A DNA stretch of 64,000 bases from a virus (Duplodnaviria; Heunggongvirae; Uroviricota; Caudoviricetes): the IMG/VR virus record IMGVR_UViG_3300037307_000307; one strand, written 5' to 3'. Under the pieces are notes generated by a model that did no database searches, was not told the DNA's origin, and saw nothing but the letters and a program-made list of their open reading frames with translations. Both the position numbers and the translations under genes were made by a program. Below are positions 7,753 through 15,929 of the stretch, in pieces; the stretch's first letter is position 1; each line of letters begins with the position of its first letter.

Positions 7753-10700
7753 TCAGCATGATACTAGTTGCACTCCTGCCTTTAGATTAATTTCTGACTG
7801 TAATTTCTGTATTGTACAAGTTACTGAATCAGCAAATTGTGTTAATATATTCGAACTTATTGTTCCATCATACTGCCAAACAGCGTCTCCTAATTCTTGT
7901 ATACTTTCATTTGATAAAGTCAAATTAGCAGTTGGATAATAAGTTAATTCTCTTGTTGAATAACTCCATACATCACTTGCAGTTATATCATTCCCATTAT
8001 CAGTTAATGTTCTAGTTGTTGCATTCCATACTGAAGTTGGTATAGAAGAATAATCATTCTGATAAACATGGAAGTCATTTAAGCTGAAGTATTTTCTATC
8101 TTCAACTATACAATTTGTATAATAAGCATATATTCCAAGTTGTGCCGGAACTGTAAAGTCATAGATATATGCACCATCTCCTATCTCAGTCATTGACTGA
8201 TTAAATATGAATGTAGTTGAATTTGGATATAATAAAGTTACAGTACAATTCGCTCCTGTTTCAACTTCTGCTAATGCACCAGTACCTTTAACCAATCTAA
8301 TTGCTATTTTACCTGCATCTCCATCAAGATATTCAGTACCTCCAACATATGTGTGTCCTATATTTGCAATATCTTCAACTGTACTTACATTTTGAGTAGT
8401 TCCAGTTGTTGCGAAATCAACTGTTTTATTTGAATAACTCCATACAGCATTCGCAACATCGCTATTATTTACGGTAGCTTCAACTGTGAAATTGAAATCA
8501 GTCAGTGTTCTAACCGCATTGGTCCACACTACTTCTTGTATCAAAGTATAATTTGTAAGGTCTGCCCATTCAGGATAATAACTTAATGTTCTATTTGTTG
8601 AGGCCCATACCGCATCAGCAATAGCCGTTGTATTTACATCAATTGTAAAGTTAAATTCAGTAAGAGTTCTTTGTGTTGCATTCCAAACCATATCAGATAT
8701 TAAAGTATAATTCACGACATTATCTAATTGTGTTTGGTTTACATTCACTGTGAAGTCAAAGCTTGTCAATGTTCTGTTTGTAGCTTCCCATACAACTTGT
8801 TGTATCAAAGTGTAGTTGGTTAAGTCATATTGATTTGGATATTCAGTTAATGTTCTATTTACAGAAGTCCATACTGCTTCTGCAATTGCAGTGTTGTTTA
8901 CATTAACATCAAATCCAAATTCAGTCAAACTTCTATTAGTTGCATCCCATACCATTTCTTGTATCAATGTGTAATTGATTGGAGTCGAGTAATTGGAAAC
9001 TATATTTTCTATTTCAGTATAGTTAGTTTGGTCACCGAAGTTCTCGTAGTAAGTCAAGTTTCTATCTGTTGCGTTCCACACCATTTGTTGTATCTTATTA
9101 TAATCAGTCAAATCAGTTGGTGCTGTATGGTTGTAATCAGTAAGACTTCTATTCACAGCAGTCCAAACTGCATCAGCTATTGCTGTGTTATTAACTTCTG
9201 CATTCACGGTGAAGTTAAAGCTTGTTAATGTTCTATCAACCGCAGTCCATACTGCATTAGATATTTCTGTTTCATTTACATCAACTGTAAAGTCAAAGTC
9301 AGTTAATGTTCTATTCAAATTCTCCCATACAACTTGTTGTATCAAAGTATAATTAGTCATATCAATATGTTCATAGTATGTCAAGTTTCTATCTGAATAT
9401 AACCATACTCCGGCGGCAGTATCTTCAGCTATCTTGGTATAATTAGTCAAATCAACTTGTGCAGGATAGAATGTCAAGTTTCTATCTGTTGCATTCCATA
9501 CTCCAACTATTATTCTGTCATAATCAGTTACGTCTTCGGTGTAAGTTAAGTTTCTATTTCCAGCATTCCAGACTACATCAGCAATTTGTGAATAGTTTGT
9601 AAGGTCTATTTGTTGAGGATAGTAAGTCAAGTTTCTGTCTGTTGCATTCCAGACTCCTCCAACTACATTCTCTGTTATTTCAGTGTAGTTAGTTAAATCA
9701 ACTTGTGCAGGATAGTATGTAAGATTTCTTGTAGTTGCATTCCATACTCCAACTATTATTTCAGTATAATTAGTCATATCAATATGTTCATAATATGTAA
9801 GGTTTCTACTTGCAGCATTCCAAACATAATCTGCTATTTGAGTGTAGTTAGTTAAATCAACTTGTGCAGGATAGTATGTAAGATTTCTATCAGTTACGTT
9901 CCATACAGCTTGAGATGTTCCTTCAATTATTAATGTGTAATTAGTCTGGTCTACCTGTGCTGGATAGTAAGTCAAGTTTCTATCAGTGTTATTCCATACT
10001 CCGACTATTATTCTGTCATAATCAGTTACGTCTTGGTAGAATGTAAGATTTCTATCAGTTCTTGTCCAAACATAATCTCCAACCAAAGTATAATTAGTTA
10101 GGTCTATTTGTTGAGGATAGTAAGTCAAGTTTCTTATTGCTGCATTCCACACTGATTCTGCAACTTGTGTATAATTGGTCAAATCAATTTGTTCATAGTA
10201 AGTTAAGTTTCTATCGGGCGCTGTCCATACTGCTGTTGCGATTTGGTCAAGAAGATTTACAGAGATTGTTGCAGTTGAGCCCCAAACTGTTTCGGCCAAG
10301 AATGTATAATTTGTGACATCAGCATAGAATGTAAGACTTCTATTTGACGCGCTCCAAACTGTGTCAGATATTAATGTATAATTTGTAAGGTCTACTTGAG
10401 CAGGATAGAATGTCAAGTTTCTATCTGTTGCGTTCCAGACACCTACAATTATTTGATTATAATCAGTTACATCTTGATAATAAGTTAAGTTTCTGTTGGC
10501 TGCATTCCAGACTACTTCAGCAACTTGCGAGTAATTTGTTAAATCCATTTGTTGAGGATAATATGTTAAATTTCTATCAGTTGCGTTCCACACAGCGTTT
10601 GCTGTTTCGCCAATTATAAGAGAGTAATTTGTTAAATCAACTTGTGCAGGATAGTATGTAAGATTTCTTGTAGTTGCATTCCATACACCAAGAATGATTC

Positions 10701-13086
10701 TATCATAATCTGTTTGGTCTCCAAAGTTTTGATAATATGTTAAATTCCTGTCTGTGTAATTCCAAACAGCAGGAGGAACTTGATTGAAGTACAATTCAAG
10801 TAATGTGTAATTAGTTTGGTCTCCAAAGTTCTGATAATAAGTTAAGTTTCTATTTGCCGAGTTCCATACAGTTTCCGCAATTAAAGTATAGTTTGTAAGG
10901 TCAACTTGTGTTGGATAATATGTTAGATTTCTATCTGGTGCGGACCATATTGCAGCCGCGATTTGATTAAGAAGTCCGACTGATATTGTTGCAGATGAAG
11001 TCCAAACACTTTCTCCGACTAGAGTATAATTTGTAACATCGGCATAATAAGTTAAGTTTCTATCTGAATTATTCCACACAGCAGCGGCAACAGCTGAAGT
11101 ATCAATTGATGCGGTTATATTTGGATAAGCAGTTAAAGTTCTTGTTGGATAATTCCATGTTGCTCCTGGAATATTATTAACGTGAATTTCTCCTCCTCCT
11201 CTTATTTGATTTATCGGAACTTCAACAAAATTAATTTGGTCTAATCTAACTTGATTCAATCTCAGAGTTCCAGCTGTATAATGATTGGGGTCACTATCAT
11301 TATATCTTACAATCATATTTCCTCCGCTAACAAATGAAGATATATTTGTAAGGGCTGAACTTACAGTTCCATCTGAAACTACATTATAAGATAAACTGTT
11401 TGCTAATTTATACCATGAACTACCTGTGTAATTCCATAAATATACATCAACTAATTCTCCAAAATCACTCCAAGTATATCTTGTAACTATGTCCGCTTGA
11501 TGATATTCCGGTACAAGAGTTATTCCTGAAATAGTTGTGTTTACATCTAAATTATATTTAGGAGTACCACATTGTTTGTAAGTATTATAATTTGTTGCTA
11601 ATGTAGATGGAGAAGGACTTGCAAAATTTGCATCAGTTCCCTTAATATAACAAACTTCATCCATTACAGTATTCTCGATGTCATTTCCACCACCCAATAC
11701 TGCTCCAATTGTAAATCCATTTGAAAGAGTTAATGTTCCAGATTGAGTTTTCGCTTCATCTAATAATAAACTTCCATCTATATATAATCGCATTCTTGTA
11801 AAGTTTGCAAAACCGCAAACTGTATGAAATTGAGAATCTATATATGTTCCAGTTGTCTCTATTGTCTGAGCTCCTGTACCACTTCTATCAGAAACAAATC
11901 TAATATGATTTCCTCCATCATATGAAAATCTTATAACATCTCCAGATTCTGCTGAAATTAATCTATTACCATTAGCATTACTTGCAGATTGATTGAAACT
12001 AAAACAAACCATGTAAGCTTCATTTGAAGCTAAATTTAACTTAGTAGCTGCTGCAAAATTTGTATAATCATTAGTTCCAACTCCATATCTAACTCCTGCG
12101 CTTCCAACTTGTCCTGGAACTCCGATTGTTGGACTGTTGAAATGAGTACCTGTTGTTGGAGACGCACTTGAATCGAGAGTTGATGTTCCAGAATATTCAT
12201 CAAGATGGGCCATAAGTAAAGTTGTAACATTTGAATGAGCACCTGTGTTTGAGTTCTTTTCAACTATTGTGAGATAATTAGAATCGATATTTGTCAGACT
12301 TGCACCAGTTCCATTAACATACCAACCGTATGTTAAAGCGTATGCTGAGGCATTCGTGCTTGTTGTTAAAGTGTAATATTCGCAAAAGATTTCAGTCATA
12401 TAAACACCAAGTGAAGAAGGAGCTGTAAAATCATAATAATATAATCCTGTACTTCCAGTTTGATAAGTCATAATAGATTCATCAACCCATTTAACTCCAT
12501 TTGGATAATAAACTGAAATATAACAAGAAGCATTGTTTATCGGAGTTAATTGATTTTCTAAAAGTTGAACGAAAACTTTACCATTATCTCCAATGGTATA
12601 TTCAGTTCCGAAGATATCTATTTTCTTAGCAGCTTTGTTCATATATGTTAAATCAAGCCAAGCTGTTGTTGAACCTATATTACCACCAGAAACTGAAATT
12701 TTAACTTCATATGTTCCTGTTCGAGTTATTCTATTAGAACAATCAAAATAAACGGTTGATTTACCAGCGCCGGAATAAGTTGTTGAAACTGTATATGTTG
12801 GGTTGTTACAAGTTTGATTATTAATTAAAACAGTAAATGTTCTGGTAGGATTAATATAAGCATCTATAACTATTATAGCGGAACTAACTTGACTAATACC
12901 GTCTGGAGGATTAACTGTTAAATTATAAGAATAGTTAAGATTTTGAGTTAAAGATGGTTGATAAAATGGGCTAAGAAATATTTTATTAAATTGTTGGGTT
13001 TGTTGTTCTGCACTAACAAATGACGTGAAACTAATAAATAATATCAGAAACATCACCGATACTATTATTTTCATTTTATTTTTCAT
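7753..13086 (-). CDS. giant (1777 aa) secreted repeat protein with N-terminal LamG/ConA-like domain and about 35 tandem 22-aa NLTYY repeats
   Basis: SD AAGGAGAT 12 nt upstream; signal peptide ...FTSFVSA|EQ; jelly-roll-like segment MVCFSFNQSASNANGNRLISAESGDVIRFSYDGGNHIRF...MRLYIDGSLLLD; repeat VWNATDRNLTYYPAQVDLTNYT. Confidence 0.7.
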   Translation of the reverse strand: MKNKMKIIVSVMFLILFISFTSFVSAEQQTQQFNKIFLSPFYQPSLTQNLNYSYNLTVNPPDGISQVSSAIIVIDAYINPTRTFTVLINNQTCNNPTYTVSTTYSGAGKSTVYFDCSNRITRTGTYEVKISVSGGNIGSTTAWLDLTYMNKAAKKIDIFGTEYTIGDNGKVFVQLLENQLTPINNASCYISVYYPNGVKWVDESIMTYQTGSTGLYYYDFTAPSSLGVYMTEIFCEYYTLTTSTNASAYALTYGWYVNGTGASLTNIDSNYLTIVEKNSNTGAHSNVTTLLMAHLDEYSGTSTLDSSASPTTGTHFNSPTIGVPGQVGSAGVRYGVGTNDYTNFAAATKLNLASNEAYMVCFSFNQSASNANGNRLISAESGDVIRFSYDGGNHIRFVSDRSGTGAQTIETTGTYIDSQFHTVCGFANFTRMRLYIDGSLLLDEAKTQSGTLTLSNGFTIGAVLGGGNDIENTVMDEVCYIKGTDANFASPSPSTLATNYNTYKQCGTPKYNLDVNTTISGITLVPEYHQADIVTRYTWSDFGELVDVYLWNYTGSSWYKLANSLSYNVVSDGTVSSALTNISSFVSGGNMIVRYNDSDPNHYTAGTLRLNQVRLDQINFVEVPINQIRGGGEIHVNNIPGATWNYPTRTLTAYPNITASIDTSAVAAAVWNNSDRNLTYYADVTNYTLVGESVWTSSATISVGLLNQIAAAIWSAPDRNLTYYPTQVDLTNYTLIAETVWNSANRNLTYYQNFGDQTNYTLLELYFNQVPPAVWNYTDRNLTYYQNFGDQTDYDRIILGVWNATTRNLTYYPAQVDLTNYSLIIGETANAVWNATDRNLTYYPQQMDLTNYSQVAEVVWNAANRNLTYYQDVTDYNQIIVGVWNATDRNLTFYPAQVDLTNYTLISDTVWSASNRSLTFYADVTNYTFLAETVWGSTATISVNLLDQIATAVWTAPDRNLTYYEQIDLTNYTQVAESVWNAAIRNLTYYPQQIDLTNYTLVGDYVWTRTDRNLTFYQDVTDYDRIIVGVWNNTDRNLTYYPAQVDQTNYTLIIEGTSQAVWNVTDRNLTYYPAQVDLTNYTQIADYVWNAASRNLTYYEHIDMTNYTEIIVGVWNATTRNLTYYPAQVDLTNYTEITENVVGGVWNATDRNLTYYPQQIDLTNYSQIADVVWNAGNRNLTYTEDVTDYDRIIVGVWNATDRNLTFYPAQVDLTNYTKIAEDTAAGVWLYSDRNLTYYEHIDMTNYTLIQQVVWENLNRTLTDFDFTVDVNETEISNAVWTAVDRTLTSFNFTVNAEVNNTAIADAVWTAVNRSLTDYNHTAPTDLTDYNKIQQMVWNATDRNLTYYENFGDQTNYTEIENIVSNYSTPINYTLIQEMVWDATNRSLTEFGFDVNVNNTAIAEAVWTSVNRTLTEYPNQYDLTNYTLIQQVVWEATNRTLTSFDFTVNVNQTQLDNVVNYTLISDMVWNATQRTLTEFNFTIDVNTTAIADAVWASTNRTLSYYPEWADLTNYTLIQEVVWTNAVRTLTDFNFTVEATVNNSDVANAVWSYSNKTVDFATTGTTQNVSTVEDIANIGHTYVGGTEYLDGDAGKIAIRLVKGTGALAEVETGANCTVTLLYPNSTTFIFNQSMTEIGDGAYIYDFTVPAQLGIYAYYTNCIVEDRKYFSLNDFHVYQNDYSSIPTSVWNATTRTLTDNGNDITASDVWSYSTRELTYYPTANLTLSNESIQELGDAVWQYDGTISSNILTQFADSVTCTIQKLQSEINLKAGVQLVSC
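8500..11100 (-). repeat. intragenic tandem repeats (~66 nt, 22 aa) within CDS 7753..13086
   Basis: Periodic recurrence of ...gttccatac...aagtttctatc... on + strand corresponding to VWN(A/T)xxRNLTYY units. Confidence 0.6.
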
Positions 13087-13421
13087 TATAATTAGAATAT
13101 CTCCTTACTTATAAACATGGTTTTATTGCTCCTCTCGGTAACTCTTTTGGAAAAATGACTATATGTTTTATATGTGAACCATATTTATAAAGTATTCTAT
13201 TAGCCAAAAAGATTAAATACTACCTTATCCTTAATAAAATATGGAAGTTTGCTACAGTTTAAGTAACAGAATTATGACAACCGTAGCTGCGCCACAATAT
13301 CAGCCGGAAAAACTATCTGGCGGATTTAATTGGGTCGCATAAACTCCCATCGTTTAATTTTAAGACAGATTTTCTATCTCGGCTGACCCGAGTGGGAGAA
13401 CACACTCATTTTCGTTAACAT

Positions 13422-13450
13422 TTGCATGCGCTAATTAATAACGCATGCAA
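13422..13450. promoter_or_regulatory. perfect 9-bp inverted repeat TTGCATGCG-(11 nt AT loop)-CGCATGCAA
   Basis: Read directly; shares the CATGCGC core with the iteron-like cluster at 18180-18300. Confidence 0.4.
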
Positions 13451-13610
13451 TTTATTTTGGGCTCATAGTATAATAGTAGTATATCCGCCTTGCACGCGGA
13501 AGGCAAGAGAGCATAACTCTTTGGGTCCATTCGTCCTCAAACTTCTGTTGCGGGAAGAAGTCAGTTGCTGCAATAACTGCTGGTTAGTTCTGTTTTTGAG
13601 GACATTTTAT

Positions 13611-13682
13611 GAGTCTATAGTTTAATGGCAAAAATATCTCTCTTGTAAAGAGATGATTCCAGTTCAATTCTGGGTAGACTCT
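13611..13682 (+). tRNA. tRNA-Tyr (anticodon GTA)
   Basis: Acceptor GAGTCTA/TAGACTC 7 bp, U8, anticodon stem CTCTC/GAGAG with loop TTGTAAA, T-arm CCAG-TTCAATT-CTGG. Confidence 0.6.
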
Positions 13683-13684
13683 TC

Positions 13685-13755
13685 GGGGTGTTAAGATAAT
13701 GGCAGTCTCCGCCGTTTGGAACGGCGTTGCCCTGGTTCGATTCCAGGATATCCCA
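13685..13755 (+). tRNA. tRNA-Pro (anticodon TGG)
   Basis: Acceptor GGGGTGT/ATATCCC with 2 G-U pairs, anticodon stem CGCCG/CGGCG loop TTTGGAA, T-arm CCTGG-TTCGATT-CCAGG. Confidence 0.55.
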
Positions 13756-13757
13756 TC

Positions 13758-13824
13758 GGGTTGAGGACAGGAGAGTAAGGCGCGACTCGGCGCTGTGGGC
13801 TCCGCGAGTCTTGGCTTCAACCCA
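13758..13824 (+). other. tRNA-like 67-nt element (acceptor-like GGGTTGA...TCAACCC) lacking a canonical T-arm; possible tRNA remnant or atypical structured RNA
   Basis: Perfect 7-bp terminal complement, internal GACTCG...CGAGTC hairpin, GC-rich, sits between tRNA-Pro and tRNA-Gln. Confidence 0.2.
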
Positions 13825-13826
13825 AT

Positions 13827-13899
13827 AGCCTTGTAGTCTAGCGGCCAAGGACTGCGGACTTTGACTCCGCGAACCCAGGTTCGAATCCTGGCGAGGCTA
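13827..13899 (+). tRNA. tRNA-Gln (anticodon TTG)
   Basis: Acceptor AGCCTTG/CGAGGCT, anticodon stem GCGGA/TCCGC loop CTTTGAC, T-arm CAGG-TTCGAAT-CCTG. Confidence 0.6.
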
Positions 13900-13911
13900 T
13901 CGGCTCATAAG

Positions 13912-13980
13912 TTTATCAGGTGAACAGTCCCCTGAAGCGGGAAAGGTACTTTGTGCAATTCAAAGATGAGCCATTTTTAT
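13912..13980 (+). ncRNA. stem-loop element: perfect 7-bp IR GGCTCAT...ATGAGCC enclosing 55 nt, followed by ATTTTTAT
   Basis: Read directly downstream of tRNA-Gln; contains GGGAAAGG; no canonical tRNA arms. Confidence 0.2.
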
Positions 13981-14089
13981 AGCGAGAGATGGTTATGCTC
14001 CATATCTTCTTGCTCATGAGGCAAGTATGCTTCTATTACATCACTCTCGCTGTAGATAGATTTATATGCTGTGAGTGCATAAATAGTTT

Positions 14090-14254
14090 ATGGATAAAGG
14101 CGGTAATAGACCGAAGTGTATAAATTGTCAAAGTGGATGGGTCTATACAAGAGAGGATGGAATGAGAATTTGTAGAACGTGTGGACATAGAGAACAATTA
14201 AAAATACTTCCAAATAAAAATAAATTTAATTCTAATTATAAAAAAAGAAGATGA
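14090..14254 (+). CDS. zinc-ribbon small protein (54 aa, not in track)
   Basis: TTTATATG box ~25 nt upstream of ATG; MDKGGNRPKCINCQSGWVYTREDGMRICRTCGHREQ...; stop overlaps next ATG. Confidence 0.3.
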   Translation: MDKGGNRPKCINCQSGWVYTREDGMRICRTCGHREQLKILPNKNKFNSNYKKRR

Positions 14255-14379
14255 GTGAAATATGCGAGTGTGGACATTCAATAGATTCACATGATTCTGA
14301 TGATTACGAAGAATTAGGATGTTTAGAATGCAGTTGTCCTGGATATATAGAAAAAGAAGAAGATGAACTAGAAGAGTAA
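14251..14379 (+). CDS. small acidic Cys-rich protein (42 aa, not in track)
   Basis: MSEICECGHSIDSHDSDDYEELGCLECSCPGYIEKEEDELEE. Confidence 0.3.
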   Translation: MSEICECGHSIDSHDSDDYEELGCLECSCPGYIEKEEDELEE

Positions 14380-14413
14380 GATTTATAAGTACGAACTAAT
14401 TATATAAAATACA

Positions 14414-14764
14414 ATGAGCGAGTCACAATCTAGATATAGTATCGTTGAACGTTTGACGCAAACCAAACTAGAAATTATTTCTGCAAAATCACAACTAGAC
14501 GCTGATATTACTTCTAAACAACAAGCCACCGATGAAGCTGAACAAGATTTGAAAGATTGGGAAGCTACTGTTAAACAAGAAGTAGAAAGACAAAGAAGAG
14601 AGAAAAAAAGAAATATTGAAAAACTGGGCAGAGAGGCTAAAAATGCATTACAGAGGAAAAAAATAAAAGAGGCGACTTATGATAAAAAAATTGAAGCAAT
14701 AGATACAGCTTTGAATCAAATACAAAAGATTTCTGAAACAAGTTCGTCCGTAACCTCGATTTAA
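14414..14764 (+). CDS. coiled-coil protein
   Basis: Heptad-like charged sequence QLDADITSKQQATDEAEQDLKDWEATVKQEVERQRREKKRNIEKLGREAKN. Confidence 0.45.
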   Translation: MSESQSRYSIVERLTQTKLEIISAKSQLDADITSKQQATDEAEQDLKDWEATVKQEVERQRREKKRNIEKLGREAKNALQRKKIKEATYDKKIEAIDTALNQIQKISETSSSVTSI

Positions 14765-14925
14765 TCTCCATCTCCTACTCATTCATATCGCATAACTAAC
14801 GGATGAGCGTCGACAGTGCACCTAGAAAAAAATGGATGCCATGTGCGCCATGGTGCTACTAATGGTAAAAAAAATACAAAGCCATGTGCTGTATAATATA
14901 GCCGGTTCAATTCCGGTAATCTAAC

Positions 14926-14952
14926 GGGCTGGGCGACCAGCCCTTTTTATTT
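14926..14952 (+). terminator. intrinsic terminator: GGGCTGG-GCGA-CCAGCCC + TTTTTATTT
   Basis: 7-bp GC stem, tetraloop, T-run, read directly; closes the 14.4-14.9 kb transcription unit. Confidence 0.55.
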
Positions 14953-15136
14953 CAAACCATCTTTTTAAACTTTAAACACTATACTTTTTTGGAGATTGAC
15001 TTAAAGGTTGCGGGCGGCGAAGTTTACCTCTTTTCTTCGCCGTCCACTTCAATCAACAATATTCATTGAGAGGAACTTGGTTGCCATTTAAATGAATCCG
15101 AGAAGCGAAAGCAAATGGCCGTTTGGAAAACCTTAA

Positions 15137-15586
15137 ATGGACCAAGTGTTTATCATATTCATGTCCAAGAGAACGAAGTTGATAGAAAGATTACTTCAAG
15201 CTTTAAGAGAAAAAGCTCCTCTGAGCACGAACAAAGGAAAATTTATTTCAACACCACATTATATTTCTAGAAAAGATAAAAGACATAGTGGTTGGGTTAC
15301 TCCTGGATTTCCTAAAAATCCTGGAATGAAATATCAAGAAGCTGTTGCTAATGCAATGGAGCCTCAAGATTTTTATGATGATTGGAAGGATTGGCGCGAT
15401 GGACAAAGAAATTATTTCAAAGATGCCTCTCATTTTAAAAAAGGAATGTCGAAGAAAAAGTTTGATAGTCCATACATGAAAGAATGGATGAAGCCAGAAC
15501 ACGTAAATAAAAAATTGAGAAAAGAATTATACATTAGAAGAGCTAGTAAGCTTAAGAGAACAGAAAATATCTCAAACGAACAATAA
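15137..15586 (+). CDS. basic hypothetical protein
   Basis: 149-aa ORF, K/R-rich, W-rich (DWKDWRDGQRNYF). Confidence 0.4.
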   Translation: MDQVFIIFMSKRTKLIERLLQALREKAPLSTNKGKFISTPHYISRKDKRHSGWVTPGFPKNPGMKYQEAVANAMEPQDFYDDWKDWRDGQRNYFKDASHFKKGMSKKKFDSPYMKEWMKPEHVNKKLRKELYIRRASKLKRTENISNEQ

Positions 15587-15653
15587 TGTTTTTAAACTAC
15601 GGAAAGTAAAATAATTCTATAGCACTTTTTCACTTCGAAAAAGAGGATAGACA

Positions 15654-15929
15654 ATGACTATGACAACAAATGATGAATCAAAACAAATAGACCAGAATCT
15701 CCGTTCTACTAAAGACACTTTACAATATTATAAAGATGCTAATAAAATTGTTCACATTGTTTTGAAGAATAGAAGATTTTACAATGGCTCTATATTGGAT
15801 ATTAGAGATTACATTTTAATTTTTCAAGATAATAAAATAGGTGAGGTTCCGATTCCTATTAAGGACGTTTACCTGGTCGAAATCTTCCAAGAACCCAATA
15901 GGGGCGGTGAAGAGGATGGAGACAATTAA
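15654..15929 (+). CDS. hypothetical protein
   Basis: 91-aa ORF ending 14 nt inside the next gene. Confidence 0.35.
   Translation: MTMTTNDESKQIDQNLRSTKDTLQYYKDANKIVHIVLKNRRFYNGSILDIRDYILIFQDNKIGEVPIPIKDVYLVEIFQEPNRGGEEDGDN

Noticed and set aside
8207-12263. Short ORFs antisense/overlapping the 1777-aa gene (8207, 8959, 10410 +; 12036 -)
   Set aside because: The same reasoning applies; they lie within the intragenic tandem repeats.
13758-13824. Calling the GGGTTGA...TCAACCC element a fourth canonical tRNA
   Set aside because: There is no T-arm (no GTTCRA-type loop before the 3' acceptor strand) and no D-arm pairing on either strand. It is kept only as a tRNA-like element of unknown nature.
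13422-13848. ORFs 13422..13625 (+), 13584..13820 (-), 13615..13848 (-)
   Set aside because: They overlap the palindromic control region and the tRNA-Tyr/Pro/Gln genes and have no coding signal.
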